DNA of 56,630 bases from assembly GCA_011042635.1 (NCBI GenBank), contig DQWH01000073.1, positions 1 through 56,630 of the forward strand. Direction: 5' to 3'. Positions 1 to 9,734 of the stretch are shown here, one piece after another. How positions within the stretch are numbered: the first letter of the stretch is position 1; every line of letters begins with the position of its first letter. Source of the DNA: Bacteroidota bacterium (GTDB lineage: Bacteria; Bacteroidota; Bacteroidia; Bacteroidales; VadinHA17). Under the pieces are notes generated by a model, which worked only from the letters and a program-made list of their open reading frames with translations, searched no databases and had not been told where the DNA came from. A program made the translations under genes and the position numbers.

Positions 1-330
1 AAGTTCTCTTACCGGGTCCCAGAAAATTTCCTGAAAACGGACCACACAATCATTCTCCACCTTGATCCCTTCACTTTCCAGCAATTGCTGCATCATATTC
101 CGGCCCATGAAATGATGTTTGCCGGTAAGCAGCCCGTTGCGGTTCACCACTCTGTGGGCGGGAATCGTTTCATCCACGGTGTGGCATTTGTTCAGGGCCC
201 ATCCCACCATGCGGGCCGACCGGCCGGAACCCAGGTAGCGTGCAATAGCTCCGTAAGAAGTAACCCTTCCGGGAGGGATCAGACGGGTTACCGCATACAC
301 CTTTTCAAAGAAACTGTTATTCTCTGTCAT
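1..330 (-). CDS. MGMT-family / alkyltransferase-like (ATL) DNA-binding protein; 3' end runs off the window
   Basis: I translated the minus strand from the ATG at 328-330: MTENNSFFEKVYAVTRLIPPGRVTSYGAIARYLGSGRSARMVGWALNKCHTVDETIPAHRVVNRNGLLTGKHHF... This matches the Ogt/MGMT DNA-binding domain, but the PCHRV active-site Cys is Ala (PAHRV). The frame is open to position 1. It overlaps the trmB stop by 14 nt. Confidence 0.75.
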   Translation of the reverse strand, partial: MTENNSFFEKVYAVTRLIPPGRVTSYGAIARYLGSGRSARMVGWALNKCHTVDETIPAHRVVNRNGLLTGKHHFMGRNMMQQLLESEGIKVENDCVVRFQEIFWDPVREL

Positions 331-1024
331 CGGGCAGGTCGGTTATTTCTTTTTCAGGATCGAGGCTAAATCTCAGATAATGGATGGGAAGTCCCTGTTC
401 CAGGAACTGGGTTTCATAAAAGGTACGGATCGACAGGATATCATCGGCCAGTCCCGATCCGTACAGATCGTCGGTAGTCAGCAGGGGTTCCAGTCCGTTG
501 TTTTTTAGAAGCTTCAGGGTATAGGTATAAAGAGGCCGGCTATCGGTTTTCAGGTGGATGAGCGCCCCCGGCCTGATCATCCGGCGGTAGGTATTCAGAA
601 AGCGGGGAGCGGTAAGCCGCTTTTTGCTCCTCCTGCGTTTGAGCTGGGGATCGGGGAAGGTCAGCCATATTTCCGAAACCTCTCCGGGAGCGAAAAAAGA
701 CGTTATGAACTCGATGCGTGTTCGGAGAAATCCCACATTAGACATACCGGCTTCCAGTGAATTTTTGGCACCTCTCCACATCCGGGCTCCCTTGATATCC
801 ACCCCCAGGAAATTTTTGTCCGGATATTTTTTTGCCAGCCCCACGGTATACTCGCCTTTACCGCAGCCCAGTTCCAGCACCAGAGGCTGTGAAACGGGGA
901 AAAAACGGGTATTCCACTTTCCCTTCAGGGGGTGGTCGCGTTGGAACACTTCCTCAAACGGAGGCTGTACCACATGCGGGAAACGCCCCATCTCCTCGAA
1001 TTTCTGTAATTTTCCTTTTCCCAC
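317..1024 (-). CDS. trmB: tRNA (guanine-N7)-methyltransferase
   Basis: 235-aa ORF. It has the SAM-binding motif LELGCGKGEYTVGLAKKYP and the TrmB-typical EIWLTFPDPQLKRRRSKKRLT and IHLKTDS segments. Confidence 0.9.
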   Translation of the reverse strand: MGKGKLQKFEEMGRFPHVVQPPFEEVFQRDHPLKGKWNTRFFPVSQPLVLELGCGKGEYTVGLAKKYPDKNFLGVDIKGARMWRGAKNSLEAGMSNVGFLRTRIEFITSFFAPGEVSEIWLTFPDPQLKRRRSKKRLTAPRFLNTYRRMIRPGALIHLKTDSRPLYTYTLKLLKNNGLEPLLTTDDLYGSGLADDILSIRTFYETQFLEQGLPIHYLRFSLDPEKEITDLPDDRE

Positions 1025-1033
1025 GGGCGGAGA

Positions 1034-1516
1034 TTAGGGTTCGACTTTCTCTATCCTGAGTCCGATATCGGTGATATGTTTGAGAATATCGCGTCGCATG
1101 GCTTGTTTGATCTCAAACCGATACATACCGGGGTAGGGAAACTTCACGCCCATTTTGTAAGGTGCCTGTACAAAGTACAAATCTCCCAGACCGCTCCCGT
1201 ACCATTTGCCGTTTTCATCGGCCAGCAAGCATTCCAGTGTGTCTGTCACGAAATGTCCGCTGGGAGCAGTGGTGGTAATGAACAGGAAAAGATTCCGGTT
1301 TTCGTATTTTCCGGAGTTTCTGATATTGATAAAGACGTGATGTGCCGAGGCGGTGTCTTCTATGGGTACATTGAATATGACGGGCTGTTCTTTGGACCAT
1401 TCTGCCGAAGGCAGGCGGGTGTTCTTTTCATACACCCGGTGCGGATCACAGGCGGTTGTTATCCATAATCCGGTTATGATGATCAACCCAACGGTTTTCC
1501 CTCGCATGTCCATCAT
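1034..1516 (-). CDS. gldH: GldH-like gliding-motility lipoprotein
   Basis: 160-aa ORF with a lipobox (ITTAC). Its size and its position next to the PSP1/holB genes match what I recall for Bacteroidota gldH. The assignment is from recall only. Confidence 0.55.
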   Translation of the reverse strand: MMDMRGKTVGLIIITGLWITTACDPHRVYEKNTRLPSAEWSKEQPVIFNVPIEDTASAHHVFINIRNSGKYENRNLFLFITTTAPSGHFVTDTLECLLADENGKWYGSGLGDLYFVQAPYKMGVKFPYPGMYRFEIKQAMRRDILKHITDIGLRIEKVEP

Positions 1517-2691
1517 GAATTTCGTTTTTCTTTCCGGTTGGGACGGTTTTTCCCCCTTTTCCTGCTCCCGCCTTTCTTTTTCCGGTTCTTTGAGAACCTT
1601 TCAGGGTCGTCATTGTGGAGGTCATTGCCTGTCTGTCCCGGAGCAACTCCTATGTTGACCACCTCTTCTATGATTTTTTTCACGGGTATTCCTTTCCGGT
1701 TCATGGCAATAATCTCGTTTACCCGGTCTACCGAAAGGCATACCTGCCTGCCGGCCGATTCTTTTTCGGTGGAATACCACATCATACGACTGAACACATC
1801 GGTTTTCTGGTGATACAGAGGACCTTCTTCGGTTTCCAGCACGATCGATCCGTCGGGAAAATCGCGGGTGGCGTCGAGATAACATTCCAGTTCGTAATTC
1901 AGGCAGCATTTCAGCTTACCGCATTGACCCGCCAGTTTCTGGGGATTCAGCGACAGTTCCTGTTGGCGGGCAGCCCCCGTGGTAACCGACACGAAATTTG
2001 CTATCCAGGTAGAACAGCAAAGTTCCCGTCCGCAGGGACCGATCCCTCCGATACGCCCGGCTTCCTGCCGTACACCGATCTGGCGCATCTCGATCCGGAT
2101 GCGGAATTCTTCCGCCAGTACCTTGATGAGTTCCCTGAAATCGACCCGTTCGTCGGCTATGTAGTAGAAAATAGCTTTGGTTTTGTCTCCCTGGTATTCC
2201 ACATCACCGATCTTCATATCCAGATTCAGGTCGGCGGCGATTTTCCGGGCTTTGATCATAGTGCTGTGCTCCAGCCTGATGGCCTCTTTCCATTTCTGAA
2301 GATCGGCTTCCTTGGCTCTCCGGTAGATCTTTTTCATGTTTTCATCCTCCGGATCCACCCGGTATTTTTTCATCTGCAGGGCGACCAGCTCCCCGACCAG
2401 GGAAACAATTCCGATATCATGCCCGGGTGATGCCTCCACCGCTACAATATCGCCCTTTTTCAGCCTGAGCTGGTGTACATTTCTGTAAAATCCCTTACGG
2501 GTATTTTTGAACTTGACTTCCACAATGTCGAAACTCCTGGCAGTATCGGGAATATCCTGTAACCAGTTGTATGTATTCAGGTTTGAACAACTGTCAAGAC
2601 TAACAGGAGAAACCTCCCCGGTTTGTTCCAGGGTTTTGTCCTGCATGCAACGTTTACATATCCTTCCATTGATGATCACCGGTTCCTTCAT
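1513..2691 (-). CDS. PSP1 domain protein (RicT/YaaT-like)
   Basis: 392-aa ORF with the Cys-rich PSP1 C-terminal signature GGIGPCGRELCCSTWI...LAGQCGKLKCCLNYE. It has a 4-nt ATGA overlap with the downstream gene. Confidence 0.85.
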   Translation of the reverse strand: MKEPVIINGRICKRCMQDKTLEQTGEVSPVSLDSCSNLNTYNWLQDIPDTARSFDIVEVKFKNTRKGFYRNVHQLRLKKGDIVAVEASPGHDIGIVSLVGELVALQMKKYRVDPEDENMKKIYRRAKEADLQKWKEAIRLEHSTMIKARKIAADLNLDMKIGDVEYQGDKTKAIFYYIADERVDFRELIKVLAEEFRIRIEMRQIGVRQEAGRIGGIGPCGRELCCSTWIANFVSVTTGAARQQELSLNPQKLAGQCGKLKCCLNYELECYLDATRDFPDGSIVLETEEGPLYHQKTDVFSRMMWYSTEKESAGRQVCLSVDRVNEIIAMNRKGIPVKKIIEEVVNIGVAPGQTGNDLHNDDPERFSKNRKKKGGSRKRGKNRPNRKEKRNS

Positions 2692-2732
2692 GGTTTTCCG
2701 TTTTCAGGCTTTCCTGCAGGGAACAAAGTTAA

Positions 2733-3884
2733 TCAATTCTCACGGTAGATCAATTCTGACAGCTTCAGGCTCAGGTCAAGAAATACGATCCGCGCGTAAG
2801 CATTGGCTTCGATATGCCGGATGGCCTCATTGAATTCCCGGGTGATTGCCTCAATATTCCCGGCATGTATGAAGGCAGAGAACTTATGTGAGAAATTCTC
2901 TTCTTCTTTATTCATGAAAACCAATTCCTGTTTTTTATCGGCCATCATTCCCAGGAACAGGTTTTCACGGATCATCCGCAGACCATATACCAGGAACTCT
3001 TTCTGCTTTTCCCGTCCGAGGGCGGATATTTCATCCACCCATGAGAGGAGCTCCGGCATCTTTTCGTTGCATTTGAACGAAAGTCGCATCAGGGAGATGA
3101 ACTGCCTGAGGCGTTCCTGGTTTTCTTCTTTCAGCCTGACCGTTTCCATGGCCCGGTACATATCCCCCCTGGCCAGCCTTATCACTTCTTCGAGCTCCTT
3201 CCCGGGAAGGGCATACCTTGCTGCTATAGTATTTTTCAGTGACTCATGGTCCACCGGCGGAAGTACGAATATCTGGGTGCGGCTGGTCACGGTGGTCAGC
3301 ATCGATTCAGGATTCTCGGCCACCAGGATGAATACGGTCCCTTCCGGGGGTTCCTCCAGGATTTTTAATATTTTATTGGCCGCCTGCTGGTTCATTTTTT
3401 CGGGATACCAGATGATCATCACCTTGTATTCCGATTCATAGGTCTTCAGACTGAGTTTTCTGAGGATTTTCCCTGATTCAGCGGTGGTGATGATCCCTTG
3501 CTGGTTTTCAAAGCCCAGCTGCTCATACCAGCGGTTCAGAGTGAAATACGGTTCTTCCAGGAACAATTCCCTCCACAGAGGAATGGCATCATCGCTTACA
3601 GGTTCTTTCACATCCAGTTTTTTCCCTTTGTTCACCGGAAAAACAAAATGCAGGTCGGGGTGAATGAGCTTCTTGTATTTGAGGCAGGAAGGGCAGGTCC
3701 CGCAGGAATCTTCTTCCCCGCGGTTATTACAGGAAATATACTGTGCCAGCGCTACCGCCAGAGGCAAACCGCCATAACCCGGAGGACCCGCCAGCATGAG
3801 AGCGTGGGGAAGACGGTTTTCCCGGATCATGCGGATGAAACGGTTTTTAAGCTCTTTCTGCCCTGTTACTTCGCTGAATTTCAT
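2733..3884 (-). CDS. holB: DNA polymerase III subunit delta'
   Basis: 383-aa ORF. It has LPHALMLAGPPGYGGLPLAVALAQYISC followed by the zinc-module-like CGTCPSCLKYKKLIHPDLHFVFP, and the SRTQ motif in TSRTQIF. Confidence 0.85.
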   Translation of the reverse strand: MKFSEVTGQKELKNRFIRMIRENRLPHALMLAGPPGYGGLPLAVALAQYISCNNRGEEDSCGTCPSCLKYKKLIHPDLHFVFPVNKGKKLDVKEPVSDDAIPLWRELFLEEPYFTLNRWYEQLGFENQQGIITTAESGKILRKLSLKTYESEYKVMIIWYPEKMNQQAANKILKILEEPPEGTVFILVAENPESMLTTVTSRTQIFVLPPVDHESLKNTIAARYALPGKELEEVIRLARGDMYRAMETVRLKEENQERLRQFISLMRLSFKCNEKMPELLSWVDEISALGREKQKEFLVYGLRMIRENLFLGMMADKKQELVFMNKEEENFSHKFSAFIHAGNIEAITREFNEAIRHIEANAYARIVFLDLSLKLSELIYREN

Positions 3885-3978
3885 TCGTGTAACTTTTTCT
3901 TGCCGGCCGGAAAAGTAACCTCACAGCAGGTGCGGGGATTTCTTTTACCGATAAATTGCCAATCCCCAAATATCTTAA

Positions 3979-3986
3979 TATTTTTG
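3979..3986 (+). promoter_or_regulatory. Candidate Bacteroidota sigma-A -7 box (TATTTTTG) for pgk
   Basis: Matches TAnnTTTG and lies 56 nt upstream of the pgk ATG, in the divergent holB/pgk spacer. Confidence 0.4.
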
Positions 3987-4041
3987 CCTACCTGAAAATC
4001 GGAAATGCATTTATTTAAGATATTCACTAATCCGGAAAACA

Positions 4042-5301
4042 ATGAAGAACATTGACAATTATCCGTTCAAGGGCAAAAAAGTCATCATGCGTGTGGATTT
4101 TAACGTTCCATTGAACAGCCAGCTCGAGGTAACCGATGATACGAGGATCAGGGCCGCCCGCCCAACGATTCTGAAGGTGCTGGAGGAAGGCGGTTCCGTG
4201 ATCCTGATGTCCCACCTGGGCCGGCCTAACGGAAAACCCCAGGAAAAATTTTCCCTGAAGCATGTGGTTCCCACTGTGGAAAAGGTGCTGGGGAAAAATG
4301 TGATCTTTGCCGATGATTGTGTGGGAGAAAAAACAGCAGAAATGGCCGCCGCTCTGAAACCCGGCGAAGTCATGCTGCTCGAAAATCTGCGGTTCTATGA
4401 GGAGGAGGAAGGGAAACCCTATCACCTGGCGAAAGATGCCTCCGAAGAAGAAAAGAAGGCGGCTAAGGTACAGGTAAAGGAAAAACAGAAGGAATTTGTT
4501 AAAAAACTGGCTTCCTACGCCGATTGCTATGTGAACGATGCTTTCGGAACAGCGCACCGTGCCCATGCTTCAACTGCCCTTATTGCCGCTTATTTTCCCG
4601 AGGACAGCATGTTCGGATATCTTATCCGCAATGAGCTGGATGCCATGGACAAAGTGCTGCACCATCCCGAAAACCCCATGACGGCTATCATGGGTGGGGC
4701 TAAAGTTTCGGATAAAATCATGGTGATCGAAAACCTGCTCGAACGGGTAGACAACCTGATCATCGGAGGAGGCATGACCTATACGTTCATCAGGGCCCTG
4801 GGAGGGAAAACAGGTAATTCGCTGGTGGAGGAAGATAAGCTGGACCTGGCCATTCAGGTTATGGAAAAAGCAAAACAAAAAGGGGTAAACCTGCTGTTGC
4901 CTGTGGACAATGTGGTTGCCGATAAATTCGACAACAATGCCAACCGCAAAGTTTGTCCTGTTGATCAGGTGGAAGATGGTTGGATGGGTCTGGATATTGG
5001 TGAGGAAACCATCCGGCTGTTCAGCGAAGTGATCATGAAATCGAAAACCATTCTGTGGAACGGACCCATGGGCGTGTTCGAAATGCCCAATTTCCGGAAT
5101 GGTACGGTGGAAATAGCCAGAGCCATTGCCGCCGCCACGGAAAAAGAGGCTTTCAGCCTGGTGGGGGGCGGCGACTCAGTGGCTGCCGTGAACCAGTTCG
5201 GCCTGGCCGGTAAAGTGAGTTATGTATCCACCGGCGGCGGAGCCATGCTGGAATATATTGAAGGGAAAGAGCTCCCCGGGATAAAGGCCATCAAAGGATA
5301 A
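4042..5301 (+). CDS. pgk: phosphoglycerate kinase
   Basis: 419-aa ORF with [25 protein letters not shown] and STGGGA(M/S)LE motifs. Confidence 0.97.
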   Translation: MKNIDNYPFKGKKVIMRVDFNVPLNSQLEVTDDTRIRAARPTILKVLEEGGSVILMSHLGRPNGKPQEKFSLKHVVPTVEKVLGKNVIFADDCVGEKTAEMAAALKPGEVMLLENLRFYEEEEGKPYHLAKDASEEEKKAAKVQVKEKQKEFVKKLASYADCYVNDAFGTAHRAHASTALIAAYFPEDSMFGYLIRNELDAMDKVLHHPENPMTAIMGGAKVSDKIMVIENLLERVDNLIIGGGMTYTFIRALGGKTGNSLVEEDKLDLAIQVMEKAKQKGVNLLLPVDNVVADKFDNNANRKVCPVDQVEDGWMGLDIGEETIRLFSEVIMKSKTILWNGPMGVFEMPNFRNGTVEIARAIAAATEKEAFSLVGGGDSVAAVNQFGLAGKVSYVSTGGGAMLEYIEGKELPGIKAIKG

Positions 5302-5597
5302 AGAAGACGGATTCCGTACCCGTGTCCGGTTCACAGGAGAAAAACAGAGAGCTGTCTTAAAAGTCAGGAATAATTTAACAACGAAGGACACGAAGGGAAT
5401 CATAAAGGATTTTTTACCAGGACTATAAACTTTATGTCCTTCGTGCGTACCTGCCTGCTGCCGGAAGGCAGGGCAGGCGGGCAGGGAATCTTTTGTGGAT
5501 AAGAACACTTTTTAAGCAGTCTCTTCTAACCATCAGGACCAATTTTTGTTATAACTTTGAAGAAGGTGAGACGTTTCGATGTAAAAATCGTCATGCT

Positions 5598-6152
5598 ATG
5601 AAAAAGTTACCGGTTTTCCTGTGGATTATTGGACTGATGGTTGCTTCCTGCAGCAAGAAGGACGAGCCCGTTCCCGTTTCGGGAACGGTTACCCTCGATT
5701 CCCGCATGTACTTCAACAGCGAAACACAGAACTATTACATGTACGGATTCGATTTCGACCTGGCAAAAAAGGTGAAATACGAAAGAATGGTCAGCGGGGC
5801 CGGAACCGACCTTGTGCTGTCGGCCCTTCCCGGGGTGGGTGAGGGTCCTGAAGGAGGTTATTTTACCAGCCCGCATAACGAAGAAGCCTTTTACCTGGCC
5901 GGTTCTTTTGGCAGTTCTGAAGATGCCGGGGATTTCTATCACAGCCTGCAGAGTTTTGCCCTGCCCGTGTTTGACGAATGGGCCAACCCGGTCCTTCCCG
6001 ATCAGGTGTGGATTATACAGACAAAGGAAATGACTTATGCAAAATTGTGGATCCGTTCGGTGGAGGTGGCGGGGCCTTCGGGTGACGAATATGTGGAATG
6101 CTCCTTCGAATGGACGTATCAGCCCGACGGATCCATGTTCTTCCCGGAATGA
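5598..6152 (+). CDS. hypothetical lipoprotein
   Basis: I placed the start at the internal ATG at 5598, giving MKKLPVFLWIIGLMVASCSKK (signal peptide plus lipobox Cys). I recognise no family. Confidence 0.6.
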   Translation: MKKLPVFLWIIGLMVASCSKKDEPVPVSGTVTLDSRMYFNSETQNYYMYGFDFDLAKKVKYERMVSGAGTDLVLSALPGVGEGPEGGYFTSPHNEEAFYLAGSFGSSEDAGDFYHSLQSFALPVFDEWANPVLPDQVWIIQTKEMTYAKLWIRSVEVAGPSGDEYVECSFEWTYQPDGSMFFPE

Positions 6153-7138
6153 AGCAACCGTTTTCCACCGGCGATATCATCAGGAACCATACTGCCCGGG
6201 AATTTGAAGAAAAAGCCCTGGAAGTTTTCAGGTTCCAGGCCAAAAATAACGAAGTATACCGGGAATACCTGCAGTATCTCGGCATCAGTCCCGGGTCTGT
6301 TGGAAGGCTTTCGGAAATTCCCTTTCTCCCGGCCCGTGTGTTCAAAACACGGCGCGTAATATGCGGTCACGGGAAGCCGGAGGCGGTTTTTACCAGCAGC
6401 ACCACCACCGGTTCCGTTCCTTCCCGGCATGAAATCACCGACCTGTCCATGTACCGGCGGTCACTGTTCACCGGTTTTGAGAGGGTTTACGGTCCTGTTG
6501 AGGACTGGTGTATCCTGGCCCTTCTTCCGTCATACCTGGAACGGAAGGATTCTTCCCTGGTGTTTATGGCCCGGGAATGGATCGAACGAAGCCGGCATCC
6601 GCAAAGCGGTTTTTTTCTTGATCATACCGGTGAGCTGACAGAGATACTGAACCGACAACAGAAATCAGGCGAAAAAACTCTGCTCCTGGGCGTAAGCTTT
6701 GCTTTGCTCGACCTGGCCGAAGAAGGACCTTTCGGATTTTCCCGCATTACCGTGATGGAAACCGGAGGTATGAAAGGCCGGCGCAGGGAAATGACCCGCC
6801 AGGAACTGCACGGGATGCTGAAAAAAGGACTGGGAATCAAAACCGTGCATTCTGAATACGGGATGACCGAACTTCTTTCCCAGGCCTATTCCACCGGCAA
6901 CGGCCTGTTTTATCCTCCTCCGTGGATGGGGATATTTATCCGAGACCGGTACGATCCCTTTGCCAGGGTGCCTGACGGCACCACCGGAGGGATCAATGTG
7001 ATCGACCTGGCCAACATGAAATCGTGTGCCTTTGTAGAAACAGAGGACCTGGGCAGGCGTTTACCCGGCGGAGGTTTTGAGGTACTCGGCCGCTACGACC
7101 AGAGCGAGATCAGGGGATGTAACCTGATGGCCGGGTAA
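6149..7138 (+). CDS. LuxE/PaaK-like acyl-protein synthetase / adenylate-forming acyltransferase
   Basis: Start taken at the ATG at 6149, which overlaps the upstream stop (ATGA). TSSTTTGSVPSRH, METGGMKGRRREM and SEYGMTELLSQAY resemble the LuxE family. From recall only. Confidence 0.55.
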   Translation: MKQPFSTGDIIRNHTAREFEEKALEVFRFQAKNNEVYREYLQYLGISPGSVGRLSEIPFLPARVFKTRRVICGHGKPEAVFTSSTTTGSVPSRHEITDLSMYRRSLFTGFERVYGPVEDWCILALLPSYLERKDSSLVFMAREWIERSRHPQSGFFLDHTGELTEILNRQQKSGEKTLLLGVSFALLDLAEEGPFGFSRITVMETGGMKGRRREMTRQELHGMLKKGLGIKTVHSEYGMTELLSQAYSTGNGLFYPPPWMGIFIRDRYDPFARVPDGTTGGINVIDLANMKSCAFVETEDLGRRLPGGGFEVLGRYDQSEIRGCNLMAG

Positions 7139-7170
7139 ACCTGGCCCCGGTTCTTCCGGTAAATCAGTGA

Positions 7171-8343
7171 TTATTTACCGGTTTCCCATTTTTCCGTGAT
7201 ATTTTCCGGAACGGCATCCCTGTGCACCATGATGGCAATGGTTTTCAACTGGACGTATGGGACCGACATCCGCAGAAAGCCTCCGGATTCGTTGCTTTCA
7301 GGTCCGTATGAGTTCTTGGTAATATAATAGCGGTTACCGTTCCGGTCTTCGGAAATGCCCACGATGTGCATCAGGTGGTCGTCGGTGGTGAGAAAGTTGT
7401 TAAATGTTTCCTGCCGCATCTCCTGGGTTACCTCCTTTTCCGGGAAGGGGGCTTTGAAGATGTTTTCCCGTTCTTCGGCCGTCATGTCATCCCATTCCTT
7501 TTCGGGAAGAATAGCCAGCCCGTTCCGGTGCGACATTCCCTGCTCGCTCACATCGCCGTCCCAGGCTACCGTATAGCCGTTCATCAGGGCATGATCGATC
7601 ACTTCCATCATTTCTTCCACAGGCAGGTTGTAATACAGATCGCCCGACCAGTTATCGGGTACTTCCAGGTTGATCTTTTCATAGAAAGGATGATGGGTGT
7701 AGGAAGTGATCTCCACGTACTGCTCCGGATCGAATCCGGTGGATTCCATATAACTTTTCGGTGTAAAGGTTTTTCCTTCCGCGGTAAAAGCTGAAGGTTC
7801 TTCTCCCAGGTAGGTTTCCGCCACTTTCCGGAAACCTTCATGCCATACCGGGCTGAGGGTGCGGATACGTCCTCCGGTCAGTCCGTCAAGGAATCCCCTT
7901 AGCACGGCCGACAGTTCTCCATGATTGTGGGTGTCGGATCCGTAGTTTTTCCCCGGATACACGGTTTCGGGAACAAATCCGTGTTCTTTTACCACGTTCA
8001 TCACATCGTGTGCCTGGCCTCCCTGGCCGAAATTGGCCATTCCGTGATAGCGTATGTACAGATCGGCTTTGTTGAGGTATGCGTGTTTAACGAAATACAT
8101 TTCCGACAGATCCGTCTCGGGCAGTCCCATCCTCATCAGTTCTGACTCGATAAATGAGGTGGTGGCGAAGGCCCAGCAGGTACCAGTTCTCTGCTGATTT
8201 TTCACCGCACTGGCCGGCAATTTCACCAGATCGGTGAATCCGTATCCGTCTTCTTTTTTTTCTCCCCTTTTTTTCTGGGCGGTGAGGGTGCCGGGAATCA
8301 GAAACAGGGAAATCAACACCAGGGAAAGGATTTTTGTTCTCAT
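7171..8343 (-). CDS. pepC: C1-family cysteine peptidase (aminopeptidase C / bleomycin hydrolase-like), secreted
   Basis: 390-aa ORF with a signal peptide. It has the papain-type nucleophile motif QQRTGTCWAFATTSFIE and a later HLMHIVG His region. Confidence 0.8.
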   Translation of the reverse strand: MRTKILSLVLISLFLIPGTLTAQKKRGEKKEDGYGFTDLVKLPASAVKNQQRTGTCWAFATTSFIESELMRMGLPETDLSEMYFVKHAYLNKADLYIRYHGMANFGQGGQAHDVMNVVKEHGFVPETVYPGKNYGSDTHNHGELSAVLRGFLDGLTGGRIRTLSPVWHEGFRKVAETYLGEEPSAFTAEGKTFTPKSYMESTGFDPEQYVEITSYTHHPFYEKINLEVPDNWSGDLYYNLPVEEMMEVIDHALMNGYTVAWDGDVSEQGMSHRNGLAILPEKEWDDMTAEERENIFKAPFPEKEVTQEMRQETFNNFLTTDDHLMHIVGISEDRNGNRYYITKNSYGPESNESGGFLRMSVPYVQLKTIAIMVHRDAVPENITEKWETGK

Positions 8344-8378
8344 TTTTGAAATGTTTTTATGGGTTAATATCGAATTGG

Positions 8379-8945
8379 TTAAATATGTGTTACTCCTCCT
8401 GAAACGATAAATTTCATGGCTTCCGCCGAAGGCAGGTCGAGTGGGGTGACTTCCCCGGAAGGGACCAGAAAAAGTTCCCCTGAAAAGTTATAGGAATGGG
8501 GGAAATACACGGCCACCAGTTCGGTTTTCCCCAGTCGCGACAGGTCTTTCTGTGTCAGAAAGCCCAGCTTGTGGAGATTGGAAATGTTGTTCACGCGCAC
8601 CAGTACGGGTTGTGTGAACTTTTTTTCCTTGCCCATAAAGGCCGACAGCAGGTCATGAATGGACGAATAGATTACCTTTAGGAGGGGAAACCGCTCCAGA
8701 ATGCCTGCCATCAGCTTTTTGATGGGCCGGAAGAGGATTGACTGGGTAATAAACCCAAGCAGGGTGATCAGCAGAAAAATGGTGATCAGTCCCAGGCCGG
8801 GAATTCTAACCTGCAAGAAACTGTAGATCCATTCACTGAGCAAACCGTCAATAAACTTGAAAACCACATACACCACATATGCGGTTACTCCCAGAGGGGC
8901 AACAACCAGAAGCCCCTGAAGGAAATACCTGCCGATTCGTTTCAT
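8379..8945 (-). CDS. DUF502 family membrane protein
   Basis: 188-aa ORF. It has two N-terminal TM segments (FLQGLLVVAPLGVTAYVVYVVF, PGLGLITIFLLITLLGF), typical of the DUF502 layout. Confidence 0.65.
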   Translation of the reverse strand: MKRIGRYFLQGLLVVAPLGVTAYVVYVVFKFIDGLLSEWIYSFLQVRIPGLGLITIFLLITLLGFITQSILFRPIKKLMAGILERFPLLKVIYSSIHDLLSAFMGKEKKFTQPVLVRVNNISNLHKLGFLTQKDLSRLGKTELVAVYFPHSYNFSGELFLVPSGEVTPLDLPSAEAMKFIVSGGVTHI

Positions 8946-8952
8946 GGTGATA

Positions 8953-9306
8953 TTATTTTTTTAATAATTCTTTTTGCCTGTACAAAGGTAAACTTTTCAC
9001 CACTTCATTCCAGGAATGGTCAATCCATTGCCGGATGAGGCCTCCGGGTATGGACCCGTCCAGCATTACAGTATTCCAGTACTTCTTGTTCATATGGTAC
9101 CCGGGCAATACCGCCGGATACTGTTCCCGCAGGATGACAGCTTTTTCCGGGTCACATTTGAGATTGACAGAATGCGGGTTCTCCAGATTCAGCAGGGCGA
9201 ACATTTTTCCACCTACCTTGAATACCAGGGTAGACTCATCGAAGGGAAATTCTTCCGTAACATCTTTTTTCCCAAGGCAGTATTCTCTTATCTCTTCCAG
9301 GTTCAT
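8953..9306 (-). CDS. MmcQ/YjbR family DNA-binding protein
   Basis: 117-aa ORF. The REYCLGKKDVTEEFPFDESTLVFKVGGKMFALL...LKCDPE...GYHMNKKYWNTV pattern is typical of YjbR. Confidence 0.8.
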   Translation of the reverse strand: MNLEEIREYCLGKKDVTEEFPFDESTLVFKVGGKMFALLNLENPHSVNLKCDPEKAVILREQYPAVLPGYHMNKKYWNTVMLDGSIPGGLIRQWIDHSWNEVVKSLPLYRQKELLKK

Positions 9307-9701
9307 GACAGGATATCGGGATAAATGGCGTCTTCAATATGATCTATCTCGTTGCGGTTGGGATGGCATATCACTGATATCACATCGAAACGGGCTTTCA
9401 GATCGATGCCGGTTTTTTCTATGTAACAATGGGCGGCTTCCACCAGGAGGCGCTGTTTTCTGGGGGTGATCGATTCAAAAGGGAGCTCAGGTGAATCGGA
9501 ACGTCGGGTTTTCACCTCCACGAAAACCAGGGTATCGCCTTTTACGGCAATTATGTCAATTTCCCGGTGCCTGTCGTGCCAGTTCCGTTCCAGAATCCGG
9601 TACCCTTTGTTGCAGAGGTGGGTGGCAGCAAGCTCTTCACCGTACCTGCCTGCTTCGGTTGATTTTTTATTATCGTGTTTGCCTGATCCGGCCATTTGCA
9701 T
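9303..9701 (-). CDS. YraN family (UPF0102) endonuclease-like protein
   Basis: 132-aa ORF. GEELAATHLCNKGYRILERNWHDRHREIDIIAVKGDTLVFVEVKTRRS matches the YraN core. Confidence 0.85.
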   Translation of the reverse strand: MQMAGSGKHDNKKSTEAGRYGEELAATHLCNKGYRILERNWHDRHREIDIIAVKGDTLVFVEVKTRRSDSPELPFESITPRKQRLLVEAAHCYIEKTGIDLKARFDVISVICHPNRNEIDHIEDAIYPDILS

Positions 9702-9734
9702 TCAGCATTATTTTCCGTTAGTCCATACCCGGCT

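Noticed and set aside
85-369. 94-aa plus-strand ORF at the window start.
   Set aside because: The minus strand over the same bases encodes a clean MGMT/ATL domain, and the plus-strand product has no recognisable features.
1615-2430. Long antisense ORFs opposite well-supported genes. Examples are 1615-2430(+), 11086-11772(-), 13148-13960(-), 15613-16683(+), 16940-17788(-), 17807-18736(-), 21400-22233(-), 47606-48312(+) and 48427-49071(+).
   Set aside because: Each lies entirely inside a gene on the other strand that has clear family motifs. Their translations are low-complexity (rich in R/G/P/F) with no motifs. They are typical shadow ORFs of GC-rich coding DNA.
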